From positions 128,362-192,361 of the forward strand of contig CBDFMP010000047.1 of the NCBI GenBank assembly GCA_965249715.1: a DNA stretch of 64,000 bases. The letters are read 5' to 3'. The position numbers were made by a program, and so were the translations under genes. Each line of letters starts with the position of its first letter. The stretch's first letter is position 1. The DNA is from Spirochaetota bacterium (lineage in GTDB: Bacteria > Spirochaetota > UBA12135 > COTS27). The notes below the pieces were generated by a model that saw only the letters and a list, made by a program, of their open reading frames with translations, did not search any database and had not been told where the DNA came from. Of the stretch, positions 39,411 through 49,539 are shown one piece after another.

Positions 39411-40748
39411 TTAAAAAAATCGCAGCAATGCGTTATGGTAAGGGGGGGTCTGTTCAAAATGCAGCGTTGCGTGGCTATTTGCAGCTTGCCCGGCAGCGGC
39501 GAACTTTTTGCTGCCGCGGCGTTTGGCGATAGGCGTTTTACTGATAAGCAGACTCTCGCAAATAACCCCGCTCAAATGTTGTTTGTTTTCATAAATGAGC
39601 AGATTCATGCAATCGGGATGAGCGGCTGTATAAAATGTTTGAAATTGCTCAGTGTTAAGCGGCTGGAAAGCGGCGCTGGGGCTGCTGAGGAGCTGACTGA
39701 AAAAGCTTATGGGGGATTTATGGCTCAGGTACTGCTCCTGATTTGTCCGTGTTTGCAGGAAACCACTCAATGTAGCTTGAAACTGCTGATAACGTTTACA
39801 AAATTTTACTGGTACGGCGCCTGCTGTTACAGCAACAGTTTTGACAAATGTGACAGTACTGCCCTGCCATTGCAGGTGGACAAAAAGCGTATTCATGGAT
39901 GGGTCGCAGATGGTCTGAGCGGGCGTTGCAGGTGTTTGCTGGGGATTAAGCGGGATGCTTTGCAGGCGCACGCGTATAGGCGCCTTGCAGGCGGTTTTAA
40001 TGGACAGATAATGAGTGCATTCTGTTTCCACTTGTTCTACCGTTGTTTCTGCTTTAAGAAAGCGATACGCGTAAAGTGCAGCCATTTCACAAAGCTCATA
40101 AGCTTCCTGCATACGGTGACAGGCAACAGCTGGGGGCAGCAGCAGCTGTGGCGGCAGTGTGCTAAGCGGGCTTTTTAACGCTAGGGTTAAGCCTTTTGCG
40201 CGGGCTGTGCGCGTTGCTTTTTGTGTTGCCATTTCCAAGGCACTCAGATCGTTTAAGCTGAGCTCAGTACTTGGATAAATGGCTAGCTTTTTATTGCCGT
40301 CAGTGGTGGCTGCCGCGGTCTCCAGCATAGCTGAGAACAGTGCAGCATAACTAACCCCCGTCCATACAAGGTTATGTTCAGTGTTGGCGGCGTCTTGACT
40401 TGTTTGTGCGTTTAGTGGTGACAGCAGCTTTGTATCATGAGCCACTAAGTTTGTATTGCTTGTATTGCCTGCAACATTGTCCAACAGGAAAAAACAATAC
40501 ACAGCTGATGGCTGTGTTAGCTCTAAATAAAACAATATTCCGCTCAGCTCGCAGGTATGCTGATAATGCTGCCAATACTGCAACTGCTGCGAATATTGCA
40601 AGTGCTGCCAGCTGCCAAGGACGCGTCGTAATAGCTGAGGCGCACGGGTGGCGATGAGCATTGGCGGTGGCGGTGATGATGACGGCAGCTGCTTGCTGAC
40701 GTCTGACACGCTTGCTGATGATGCCATAAAATTTTGTACTGATAACAA
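39411..40748 (-). CDS. Hypothetical protein (Gln/Ser/Thr-rich), function unknown
   Basis: 445-aa ORF lying co-directionally between aroQ and the coaD/E fusion. A faint resemblance to the pita-bread (M24) fold around HRMQEAYELCEMAALYAYRFLK is not verifiable by eye. Confidence 0.45.
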   Translation of the reverse strand: MLSVQNFMASSASVSDVSKQLPSSSPPPPMLIATRAPQLLRRVLGSWQHLQYSQQLQYWQHYQHTCELSGILFYLELTQPSAVYCFFLLDNVAGNTSNTNLVAHDTKLLSPLNAQTSQDAANTEHNLVWTGVSYAALFSAMLETAAATTDGNKKLAIYPSTELSLNDLSALEMATQKATRTARAKGLTLALKSPLSTLPPQLLLPPAVACHRMQEAYELCEMAALYAYRFLKAETTVEQVETECTHYLSIKTACKAPIRVRLQSIPLNPQQTPATPAQTICDPSMNTLFVHLQWQGSTVTFVKTVAVTAGAVPVKFCKRYQQFQATLSGFLQTRTNQEQYLSHKSPISFFSQLLSSPSAAFQPLNTEQFQTFYTAAHPDCMNLLIYENKQHLSGVICESLLISKTPIAKRRGSKKFAAAGQAANSHATLHFEQTPPYHNALLRFF

Positions 40749-40777
40749 GCTGAACCGCTTAATGATAAAGGGGTAGT

Positions 40778-41227
40778 TTAGGTTTTTTGCTCAGTTAAAC
40801 GCGCCAGTAAGTAGTCAGCGGCTGCAAGATAAACAAATGACCCCATGCCCATGATGATGCCTGCGGCAAGCGGGGCAACATAAGAATGATGACGAAATGT
40901 TTCGCGTTGATAGATATTACTCAGGTGAACTTCTACAATGGGAACTTTGAGCATGCGTAGCGCATCGTGCAGTGCCAGCGATGTGTGTGTCAAGGCACCG
41001 GGGTTAATGATGAGCCCTATTAATGCTGTTTCTGTGATTAATTGCTGAATGAAGTCAATGAGCTTGCCTTCATGATTGCTCTGACAGCTTAACACGCTGA
41101 CGTGTTGGGCGCGTGCGCGTGCGGTCACGGCGGTGATGATGTCGGCAAGTGTTGTTGAGCCGTAGAGCTTGGGCTCGCGTTTGCCCAGTAAATTTAAATT
41201 CGGGCCATTGATGATTGCTAATTTCAT
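40778..41227 (-). CDS. aroQ: 3-dehydroquinate dehydratase, type II
   Basis: The start is reassigned to the ATG at 41227, giving MKLAIINGPNLNLLGKREPKLYG. It also carries NHEG, INPGALTHTS and VEVHLSNI signatures. Confidence 0.9.
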   Translation of the reverse strand: MKLAIINGPNLNLLGKREPKLYGSTTLADIITAVTARARAQHVSVLSCQSNHEGKLIDFIQQLITETALIGLIINPGALTHTSLALHDALRMLKVPIVEVHLSNIYQRETFRHHSYVAPLAAGIIMGMGSFVYLAAADYLLARLTEQKT

Positions 41228-41344
41228 GGAACAAATTACCTTATGAATAATGGTACAGCTGCAATAATAGTACAGTACTGCCATTAATCCAGTGCTTAGG
41301 ATTATACTATGAATAAGTTAGTGCTGCAAACACTGGCGCAGCAT

Positions 41345-42775
41345 CATGACTGGACCAGTACTTGGGGTGTTTTAAAGTGTGCGCAAATAACGAATGACAA
41401 GGGCTGCTGCTGCAGCCACTTCATTGTAAAGATGCAGCGCTTGTTGGTGGCGTAACTGTTCGAATGTTTGTCGATTTTCTATGCCGGGCGCGGAGAAATC
41501 AATATCGCTGATTTTTGCAGCTCCATAATAGCTTGTTGGAGACGCTGCCTGAGCCGCTGGGGTGTTTGTTGTGTTGGCTGCTGTGATGTTGGTGGGTGTA
41601 ACAACGGCTGCGAGTAAGCTTAGCGGCATTTTGGGCTGCTGCCCGATAGCGGTCAATGCGTTCAATCACGGTTTTTGTCGCTTGCACACCATGACTGGAC
41701 CAGTACTTGGGGTGTTTTAAAGTGTGCGCAAATAACGAATGACAAGGGCTGCTGCTGCAGCCACTTCATTGTAAAGATGCAGCGCTTGTTGGTGGCGCAA
41801 CTGTTCGGATGTTTGCTGATTTTCTATGCCGGGCGCGGAGAAATCAATATCGCTAATTTTTGCAGCTCCATAATAGCTTGTTGGAGACGCCGCCTGAGCC
41901 GCTGGGGTGTTTTAGAGTGTGCGCAAATAACGAATGACAAGGGCTGCTGCTGCAGCCACTTCATTGTAAAGGTGCAGCGCTTGTTGGTGGCGCAACTGTT
42001 CGAATGTTTGTCGATTTTCTGTGCCGGGCGCGGAGAAATCAATATCGCTGATTTGATGAAGTGTCTTTTGCATGACGATTGCCACGAATTCTTTTTCAAT
42101 CGCTGGTTTTTGCAGCTCCATAATAGCTTGTTGGAGACGCTGCCTGAGCCGCTGGGGTGTTTTAGAGTGTGCGCAAATAACGAATGACAAGGGCTGCTGC
42201 TGCAGCCACTTCATTGTAAAGATGCAGCGCTTGTTGGTGGCGTAACTGTTCGGATGTTTGCTGATTTTCTGTGACGGGCGCGGAGAAATCAATATCGCTG
42301 ATTTGATGAAGTGTCTTTTGCATGACGATTGCTACGAATTCTTTTTCAATCGCTGGTTTTTGCAGCTCCATAATAGCTTGTTGGAGACGCTGCCTGAGCT
42401 GACGGGGTGTTTTAGAGTGTGCGCAAATAACGAATGACAAGGGCTGCAGCTGCAGCCACTTCATTGTAAAGGTGCAGCGCTTGTTGGTGGCGCAACTGTT
42501 CGGATGTTTGCTGATTTTCTGTGACGGGCGCGGAGAAATCAATATCGCTGATTTGATGAAGTGTCTTTTGCATGACGATTGCCACGAATTCTTTTTCAAT
42601 CGCTGGTTTTTGCAGCTCCATAATAGCTTGTTGGAGACGCTGCCTGAGCTGACGGGGTGTTTGTTGTGCTGGCTGCTGTGATGCTGGTGGGTGTAACAGG
42701 CTGCGAGTAAGCTTAGCGGCATTTTGGGCTGCTGCCCGATAGCGTTCAATGCGTTCAATCACGGTTTTTGTCGCT
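41345..42775. repeat. Nested tandem repeats of the 3' end of the maf-like gene (five copies of the stop-codon-bearing cassette)
   Basis: The terminal cassette (encoding ...LHLYNEVAAAAALVIRYLRTL-stop) recurs, with stops at 41372, 41717, 41912, 42162 and 42412. The spacings are 345, 195, 250 and 250 bp. The copies differ by presence or absence of sub-modules. Confidence 0.95.
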
Positions 42776-44343
42776 TGTTTAAACTTCTCCATGCGCTGTG
42801 GAAATTCTGCTGCCGCGCTGCCGTGACTCTTGTGATAACTTGCAACGGTGTCCTGCAGCCGCTTTCTGAACGCTGATTTATCGATGTTTGTTTGTGCATG
42901 CTTTTTTATGAATGCCGCTAATGGCAGATAGGGAATTCCACTCAAGGGTTGTGCGCGGAGTGAGTTATGATAAAGTGGGAAACTGAGTCCGCTGCTGTTC
43001 TCTTCAAACCAGCGTTTATAAAGCTGCATGGCAGCATCTGTGTAAGCTTGTTTGCCGGCACGTGTGTGCACGGGAACAACGTCCTTGCCGCGCATTATTG
43101 CGAAGATGCGCGTTTCAAAGTTATCGAGACGTTTGATTGAGGCAAACCAATGTTCTTCATGAAAAGCGCCGCGCAGGTGATAACGTTCGCGTGAGTATGC
43201 CAGATCAATGCCCGCCAATGCCACAGCACAGGGCGCGCTGTGTTTTGCTAGCTCAAAGGCAACGGTGGCAACCGAGCCCCCCACTTTCAATATTCCCTTG
43301 CTGCCAAAGAATCCGCATAAGTAGGCATAGTACGGAGAAAAGTTATCAAACATGAAACACAGCGGAAATTTTTTCAGCGCGTGTTTGCTGATGGATGGTT
43401 CGGCTACAAGGGCTGTTTGTGCGGCTGCCTGCGGAGCGGCAGTTTCCAAGTATTTTGCATTTTTCTTCTGTGGATCAATAGAAACTACAATGTCTGCATG
43501 AATGCCGTACTGCTGGAGCGTGGTGTAAGCCGTATCGACGGCGATGATGATAACGTTATTCTGGTGCTGTTTGAGGATTGAAAAATCATCTTCCAAGGAT
43601 GGTGCTGCTCCTGTAATGACCAGCGGCAATGTCTGCAGCAGTTCTGTAAGCTGTGTACTGGGAACGGCGTCTATAATGAAAGCTGTATTTTTGATGAGGT
43701 TCCGCAGCCATAATTGTTCAAACCGCGCAAAGGTAGCGCGATTGATCGCTTTTTCTTCTTGCACAATGCTGACAGCTGCCTGTGTTTGCTGATAAAATGT
43801 ACTTGCAAGCTGCACTTCACGGGTGTTGGCATAAAAACGAATACGTTTAGTGGAATGCTGTTTGAAGATATTGGTGAGTTCCTGTCTAAACTTGCTGTCA
43901 GCGGCATTGGGTGGGGGCAGGGGTGCTGACGCCGCTGCTGCTTGCAGCAGCGGCGTTTGCCAGAAGCTGTAGAATAAGGGTGGTGACGCTTTTATGCGGG
44001 CACTTATGGTTTTAGCCTTTAGCTGTTGAAGACTGAATTTGAGTAATTCTTCAGTTTGACAGATCAGCAGGATAGCTGTTTTGGGGTAGTGGATGAAAGC
44101 TTCGCGGATAAGAGCAATATTGCCGGCACCCAGGATCATAATGAGTGTGGGCAGCTCTGTTGCTGTTTTTAATCCTGTTTCAGCGGGGGATAATCTGCTT
44201 AAAATGCGCGCGGCTTCTGCTTGCGGTGAGTATTTACTGGATAAATAAATGTTTTTGCCCGTCAGCTCTTTGCAGTAAATAACCGCTGTGGGATCGTCTG
44301 CCAGCTGAGCAGGCTGTGTATGGTAGGGACCTTTAAAAGACAC
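42412..44343 (-). CDS. Motility accessory factor (Maf)-like protein, DUF115/MptE-like domain (putative flagellin glycosyltransferase)
   Basis: 643 aa with a GTG start. The N-terminal YLSSKYSPQAEAARIL and central LPLVITGAAPSLEDD...IIIAVDTAYTTLQQYGIHADIVVSIDPQ match the Maf/DUF115 core (GxGPSL...D...DP). Confidence 0.65.
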   Translation of the reverse strand: MSFKGPYHTQPAQLADDPTAVIYCKELTGKNIYLSSKYSPQAEAARILSRLSPAETGLKTATELPTLIMILGAGNIALIREAFIHYPKTAILLICQTEELLKFSLQQLKAKTISARIKASPPLFYSFWQTPLLQAAAASAPLPPPNAADSKFRQELTNIFKQHSTKRIRFYANTREVQLASTFYQQTQAAVSIVQEEKAINRATFARFEQLWLRNLIKNTAFIIDAVPSTQLTELLQTLPLVITGAAPSLEDDFSILKQHQNNVIIIAVDTAYTTLQQYGIHADIVVSIDPQKKNAKYLETAAPQAAAQTALVAEPSISKHALKKFPLCFMFDNFSPYYAYLCGFFGSKGILKVGGSVATVAFELAKHSAPCAVALAGIDLAYSRERYHLRGAFHEEHWFASIKRLDNFETRIFAIMRGKDVVPVHTRAGKQAYTDAAMQLYKRWFEENSSGLSFPLYHNSLRAQPLSGIPYLPLAAFIKKHAQTNIDKSAFRKRLQDTVASYHKSHGSAAAEFPQRMEKFKQATKTVIERIERYRAAAQNAAKLTRSLLHPPASQQPAQQTPRQLRQRLQQAIMELQKPAIEKEFVAIVMQKTLHQISDIDFSAPVTENQQTSEQLRHQQALHLYNEVAAAAALVIRYLRTL

Positions 44344-44375
44344 AGGTTAGGGGAGTTCTGAAGTCCTGCAATGAT

Positions 44376-46361
44376 TTAGGGAACGGAGAATGTTAAGTTT
44401 ATTTGCATATTACCATCAATGTCTGTAGTGGGTGGAGGAATTTGTTGGGTCACATAACCTTTACCAATGAGTTGGTATGAAATATGGTAGTCTCGTTGTG
44501 CATTAACCAAAATTAACGTGTCCAGCCAATTCAATGTTTGTCGCAGGGAAAGTCCCTTGAAATTTGGAACGCTTCGTGTGGAGCTAAGTGAAGGCAGCGG
44601 CGATGCCGTTGTAAACTGGGGAGTTTGTCCCCCGCTGACAGCAGCTTGCAATGTGGGTAACGCAAAAGTGGCAGGTATCAAATGTTCATGACGACGTTCA
44701 TCATTGAGTTGATAGCTGCGCATAACATCGTCTAAAATCTCAGCAAACAACGGCGCGGCACTGCGTCCGCCATGGTAGTCATAGGTAGGGTTCATAATAA
44801 GCACTAAAACCACAAACTGCGGATCACTTGCGGGATACCCACCGGCAAAAATGGAATGATATTTGTTCTTATAATATCCGCCTGTACGGGTGTTGGCAAT
44901 TTGACTGGTACTGGTTTTGCCAAAGACTTTTTTATAACCGCCCTTTTGCGCGGCGCTGCCAGTACTGGCGGCGCTGACGCTATGGCTTAATAACTTGCGA
45001 ACTTTGGCAGTGGTGGCGGCTTGCAGAACTCGTGTTCGTGAGCGGCGTGCAAGTGTACTTGTGTGGGTGGGGATAGAATCTTCATAATAATGCAGTGTCT
45101 CCACCAGACGCGGCACTTGGCGGATGCCGTCTGTGACGACAGTCGTGAAGGTATTGATCAGCTGAAGCGGAGTGACGCCAATGCCTTGCCCTATGACGCT
45201 GGTGGCTTTTGTGCGAAGTCCCCAGTCTATCAAGGGCGGTAAAATACCGCGTTCTTCACCGGGCAGATCAATGCCTGTAGCCGTACCAATTCCTAAATTT
45301 GCCAGATAACTCCGTATTTCCTGTTTCGGGACAGCTTCCATAAGCGCAATCATTCCAGCATTGCAGGAATAACTGATAATATCGTTCATGGAAACGTCGC
45401 CGTGTGTATCGGTGCAGTTAATGACCTCGCCATTGGGCAATTCGTAAAATCCCTCGCAATGGTGAACCGTTGCATCAAGGTCTAAATCGGGGTTGTTTTC
45501 CAATAAATAGGCCATGAACAATATTTTAAAAATAGACCCCGGTTCAATGATACTGCTGATCGCTATATTGCGGAATTGCTGTGGTTTTGCGGCGGTGAAA
45601 TGATTGGGATTGAAATTCGGATATATGCTGAGTGCACGGATCAACCGTGTTTTTGTGTCTTGTACAATGATCACGCCCGCTTCTGCTGTCTTAGCGATAA
45701 CAGTTGCCTGCAGTTTTTGTGCAAGCTGAGTTTGTAGCTGTTTATCAATCGCTAATTTCATGCGGATATTCTCGCCTGTTGCTGTTCCTACAAATGCCGA
45801 AAGGTGTTTTTCATAATATTGTTCTAACCCGGCAAGACCGTGTTCATCGTGTCCCACAAAACCCAGGGTATGAGCAAGTAATGTGCCGTTTGGATACACA
45901 CGGCGCAGCACGCGATCGGTTAAAAAATGCGGCGCTTTTAATTCATAAAGCAACTTGGCTTGTGATTTGTCTGCAAACCGTTTTAACAGCGTGACGCGAT
46001 CGTTATATAACTTGGCACTCAGCTGAGCAGGATTTATTTCAATGAGCTCAGCAATGCGTGTGACAGAGCTTTCATTGAGCGGCAGCTGTTCCCGCCCATT
46101 GAGGTAAAGGTTGTACAAATAGCTGCTGTATGCAAGGGGGTAGTTATTGCGATCCATGATCATTCCGCGTTGCGTATTGGGCAGCAGCGCGTAACGTTCA
46201 GGGCGTGGGAGACTAGTCTTAGTGGCGGATGCTGCTGGCTTGAGGAGTGCAAGTGGCGATAGCTGGTGCTCATTTATTGCCAGATAAAAACTGCGACTCA
46301 ACAACCCCAACAAACAGAAGATGAAAATACAGGCAATGATATTAAGTTTACTGGTTTTCAT
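44376..46361 (-). CDS. Class B penicillin-binding protein (PBP2/FtsI-type transpeptidase)
   Basis: 661 aa with an N-terminal TM anchor, a dimerisation domain and transpeptidase motifs GSIFK (SxxK), SCN (SxN) and GKTST (KTG-like). A PASTA-like C-terminal tail is present. Confidence 0.85.
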   Translation of the reverse strand: MKTSKLNIIACIFIFCLLGLLSRSFYLAINEHQLSPLALLKPAASATKTSLPRPERYALLPNTQRGMIMDRNNYPLAYSSYLYNLYLNGREQLPLNESSVTRIAELIEINPAQLSAKLYNDRVTLLKRFADKSQAKLLYELKAPHFLTDRVLRRVYPNGTLLAHTLGFVGHDEHGLAGLEQYYEKHLSAFVGTATGENIRMKLAIDKQLQTQLAQKLQATVIAKTAEAGVIIVQDTKTRLIRALSIYPNFNPNHFTAAKPQQFRNIAISSIIEPGSIFKILFMAYLLENNPDLDLDATVHHCEGFYELPNGEVINCTDTHGDVSMNDIISYSCNAGMIALMEAVPKQEIRSYLANLGIGTATGIDLPGEERGILPPLIDWGLRTKATSVIGQGIGVTPLQLINTFTTVVTDGIRQVPRLVETLHYYEDSIPTHTSTLARRSRTRVLQAATTAKVRKLLSHSVSAASTGSAAQKGGYKKVFGKTSTSQIANTRTGGYYKNKYHSIFAGGYPASDPQFVVLVLIMNPTYDYHGGRSAAPLFAEILDDVMRSYQLNDERRHEHLIPATFALPTLQAAVSGGQTPQFTTASPLPSLSSTRSVPNFKGLSLRQTLNWLDTLILVNAQRDYHISYQLIGKGYVTQQIPPPTTDIDGNMQINLTFSVP

Positions 46362-46427
46362 GCTCAGGTACGCGTCAATTTGTTGTTCGTGAAGCTTAAT
46401 TTGATATGAGTTGATAAAGGCTTGTAC

Positions 46428-47780
46428 TCAACCGGGCACGTGAGTTAGTGTGTACATGCTTCCTTGCAGGCTGCTTTCTTTCACGCTGAACCATAAACTT
46501 CCGTAAGGATTAATGCGTTTGGTTTGTGTATTGAGTGCACGGAATGGAACATGTGTCATTTCACCATGCCAATAGCCTATGAGCATGGCTGTTTTGCCCG
46601 CCATGGCGGCATGGACAGCGTTTTGCGCAATGCGTGAGCAAAAGACGCGATCAAAACAGTTGGGACGTGATGAACGAATATAATAACTGGGATCCAGATA
46701 TTTGAGTGAAATTGGAAATTGGCGCTTTTGAAACTCCTGCTCAATGGTTTGTTTCAGAAATATGCCGATGTCTGCAAGAACCTTATTACCGGAGGCATCG
46801 TGCTGCACCTTGTTTTTCTGCTGAGGAATCAATTCTGAACCAGCTCCTTCTGCCACAACAATGACAGCATAACCATTGTTTTGCAGGTGTTTGTGAATAT
46901 AGGGAATAATGCCATTTTTGCCTTTTAATTTAAAGCGAACTTCTGGGATTAGGCATAAATTGACCACACCTGTGGACATTGTGGCATGGGCGGCAATGTA
47001 TCCCGAATGGCGTCCCATCACTTTTACCAAGCCAATACCGTTTTTATGTCCGCGGGCTTCTTCATGAGCGGCCATGATCGTGTCGCTTGCTTTTTCAACG
47101 GCAGTTTCAAACCCGAATGAGGTGATGACATAAGGAATATCGTTATCGATGGTCTTAGGGATGCCAATGATGCTAATGGGCAGTTTGCGTTTTTTCAGCT
47201 CTTCAGCAATGCGTTGCGCACCGCGCATGGTGCCGTCACCGCCGATGGCAAAAAGAATATTCAATTTTTGACGAACGAGGCTATCCACAATTTCCTCAGC
47301 AGGGGGGGTGCCGCGTGAGGTGCCTAAGATAGTACCGCCTAAGAAGTGAATATCGCGCAGTTTCTCGGGCGTAAGCGCGATGGCTTGTGTTTTGGTTTTT
47401 CCAAGTCCGCGGTAGCCAAATTGGATGCCTTTAATGTTTTTGACGTCGTAGCGGTTCCATAACTGTCTGACAAGACCATAAATGATTGAGTTCATGCCCG
47501 GACAGAGACCGCCGCAGGTGATGATGCCTACATTTGTGCGTTTGGGGTTGAAAAAGATATTTTCACGCGGTCCCGATTTTTCAAAAGAACAGGTTGTCAA
47601 TGGACTGCCGGACGCACCTTGTTTAAAGAATTCGGCACGAACGTTCAGCATCACACGTTCTGTGTTATTGATGAAGTTTTGTTTTTCAGTAAGCGGACTT
47701 CTTAGCTTGGGAACGCCAACACTTTCTACAGCAAAATTGCGTTCGTCTTTGGCAGGCTGCGATGATGAGAATGGATGCAT
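46428..47780 (-). CDS. pfk: 6-phosphofructokinase, long (about 48-kDa) clade; phosphoryl-donor specificity unclear
   Basis: 450 aa with GIITCGGLCPGMNSII, FAIGGDGTMRGA, IGIPKTIDNDI and VMGRHSGYIA. GGDG is ATP-type and PKTIDND is PPi-type. Confidence 0.88.
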   Translation of the reverse strand: MHPFSSSQPAKDERNFAVESVGVPKLRSPLTEKQNFINNTERVMLNVRAEFFKQGASGSPLTTCSFEKSGPRENIFFNPKRTNVGIITCGGLCPGMNSIIYGLVRQLWNRYDVKNIKGIQFGYRGLGKTKTQAIALTPEKLRDIHFLGGTILGTSRGTPPAEEIVDSLVRQKLNILFAIGGDGTMRGAQRIAEELKKRKLPISIIGIPKTIDNDIPYVITSFGFETAVEKASDTIMAAHEEARGHKNGIGLVKVMGRHSGYIAAHATMSTGVVNLCLIPEVRFKLKGKNGIIPYIHKHLQNNGYAVIVVAEGAGSELIPQQKNKVQHDASGNKVLADIGIFLKQTIEQEFQKRQFPISLKYLDPSYYIRSSRPNCFDRVFCSRIAQNAVHAAMAGKTAMLIGYWHGEMTHVPFRALNTQTKRINPYGSLWFSVKESSLQGSMYTLTHVPG

Positions 47781-48019
47781 GCAGGTTAGGATGTTGAAAA
47801 TGGCTGATGTTTGAAAGAATAAATTTCTATTTAGTGTCGGTTGATCATTCTAAGCGATAAAGTGTTTTCAAACCGCCGTATAAACAATCACTGCTAATGT
47901 TATTGCTTTTCACTTTATGCCCCCAAAATTATACCGATAACTAACATGATACACAATGTTATCCATAGTATTTGCAATATTCGCATTGGCTGCAAACATA
48001 ATGCCAAAAGAGGTTACTG

Positions 48020-49012
48020 ATGATCGGGCGCAATAAAAACCTGAGTATGGCTTCAAAAGCAGAACACCCTTTGTTTTATCGTTATATTGTTTCGCTGACA
48101 AAACGACGATTGTTTTTGTTGTCATTTGCAACAGTAACAACCGTAGCGGGGGTTTTTTTAAGCGGCTTTTTTTTAGGCGCTGTTTACAATGGGGCGGAGG
48201 CAGCTTATTCGGAGACTGAGTCCCTGGCGTTGCCTGCAGAAACTTTGCCAGTGAATACTGCCGATGGCATGCCGCAAAGTACTGAAGCTGAACCTACTGA
48301 TGTATTCAACAACTTGATCACAAGCAGCGATCCTGTCAATGCTCCCAGTACTTTTAATACCAATGATCTGGTATTTGAAAACATACTTTCGGATGAACAG
48401 CTGGCACAGGAATTCGCTAAAACCAATAATGATCTTCCTCCAAGCAAACAAAACGCTGTCGCTGCCAAACGATCATCAAAATTGTCTAGCAGACAAACAA
48501 CACCAACCACCGGCACGCGCTCAGCTGTGCCTGCTGGTGGCAAACAAGCTAAAACAGCTGTCACTAAGTCTGTTAACCCAACTAAACAAAAGCCTCATGT
48601 AACAAGGTCCATTAAAACGCCTGCCGTTCAGACAGAATATATTAAAGGTGTTTCCGATGTGAATGCACTGAATAAACAACGGGCAGCTTTGTACGAAGAA
48701 TATCCTGTTTCAACAAAAACTTATTATTATCTTCAGCTCATGACCACAAGCGAAGTGGCTAAGGGACGTGTTTTTATAGAAAAATTACGCAACGAAGGTT
48801 TTGCCAGTAAATTAGAAGAAAGTGTTGTAAACGAAACATCACATTATGTTATTTTAATTGGGTTATACAAAGATAAGCTGCAGGCGAAAAAACATCTCAT
48901 GCGTTTTCAGACGGCAGCTCGTTATGGAGGAGCTTTTAAGGACGCATTCATTCGTCCGTACAAACTTGCGCCAGTTTCTGCAGCCAGCTCAAACATTACA
49001 AGCTCTTTGTGA
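48020..49012 (+). CDS. SPOR domain-containing membrane protein
   Basis: 330 aa with an N-terminal TM helix and a low-complexity linker. The C-terminal SPOR-like repeat is YYYLQLMTTSEVAKGRVFIEKLRNEGF...YVILIGLYKDKLQAKKHL. Confidence 0.65.
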   Translation: MIGRNKNLSMASKAEHPLFYRYIVSLTKRRLFLLSFATVTTVAGVFLSGFFLGAVYNGAEAAYSETESLALPAETLPVNTADGMPQSTEAEPTDVFNNLITSSDPVNAPSTFNTNDLVFENILSDEQLAQEFAKTNNDLPPSKQNAVAAKRSSKLSSRQTTPTTGTRSAVPAGGKQAKTAVTKSVNPTKQKPHVTRSIKTPAVQTEYIKGVSDVNALNKQRAALYEEYPVSTKTYYYLQLMTTSEVAKGRVFIEKLRNEGFASKLEESVVNETSHYVILIGLYKDKLQAKKHLMRFQTAARYGGAFKDAFIRPYKLAPVSAASSNITSSL

Positions 49013-49539
49013 ATAACAGCTTAACGGGCACTGCCATAAGTTATCAACATCGCTTGCAGCTGCGGGTTTATTACGGTGATACCGATGCAGGCGGTGTGGT
49101 TTATTATGCCACCTACGGACATTATTTTGAACGCGGCAGAACAGAACTGCTGCGCGCGCTGGATTGCTCCCCCCATGTACTGATGAAAAACTACCACTTG
49201 CTTTTGCCTGTCATAAGCTTAAATGTGCGTTATCATCGTCCCGCCTATTATGAAGATCAGCTCACCTTGGTCACGGAGCTCAACATGCCTACGCCGCTGC
49301 GTTTGCAATATGATTATAAACTTTTCAGAAGTAAGGCTCCCTTGGTGGCAGCAGGCAGCAGCCCGTCGGAGCGCCCGGCAGCTTTAACAAATTCAGCAGC
49401 TTGGGAATTAATTACCAGTGGAAGGACTGTCAATGTGCCCGTTACCGCACAAACAATGCGCCCGCGCCGATTGCCTGCAGAATTGATGACACAGCTGCGG
49501 CAAGCCGCCACGCGTTATTGCGGTAGTTTTCATCGGTGA
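49009..49539 (+). CDS. YbgC/4HBT-family acyl-CoA thioesterase (3' end remodelled by duplication)
   Basis: 176 aa. RVYYGDTDAGGVVYYATYGHYFERGRTELLR is the hotdog thioesterase motif. The last 7 codons (YCGSFHR) derive from antisense sequence of the downstream gene. An ancestral-looking end (...LMTQLQQAATR-stop) survives at 49741-49790. Confidence 0.75.
   Translation: MNNSLTGTAISYQHRLQLRVYYGDTDAGGVVYYATYGHYFERGRTELLRALDCSPHVLMKNYHLLLPVISLNVRYHRPAYYEDQLTLVTELNMPTPLRLQYDYKLFRSKAPLVAAGSSPSERPAALTNSAAWELITSGRTVNVPVTAQTMRPRRLPAELMTQLRQAATRYCGSFHR

Noticed and set aside
41912-42661. The idea that stop-codon readthrough could extend the Maf-like protein through the downstream 250-bp repeat copies.
   Set aside because: The period is 250 bp, which is not a multiple of 3. 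After the TAA the in-frame reading is NTPSAQAASPTSYYGAAKTSD-stop, not the repeat's coding frame.
41372-42758. ORFs 41372..41665, 41675..42187, 41824..42099, 41912..42292 and 42162..42758 look like a small gene family.
   Set aside because: They are reading-frame artefacts of the repeated maf 3' cassettes. All end at the repeated stop or read the repeats in shifted or antisense frames, and none has its own promoter or RBS context.
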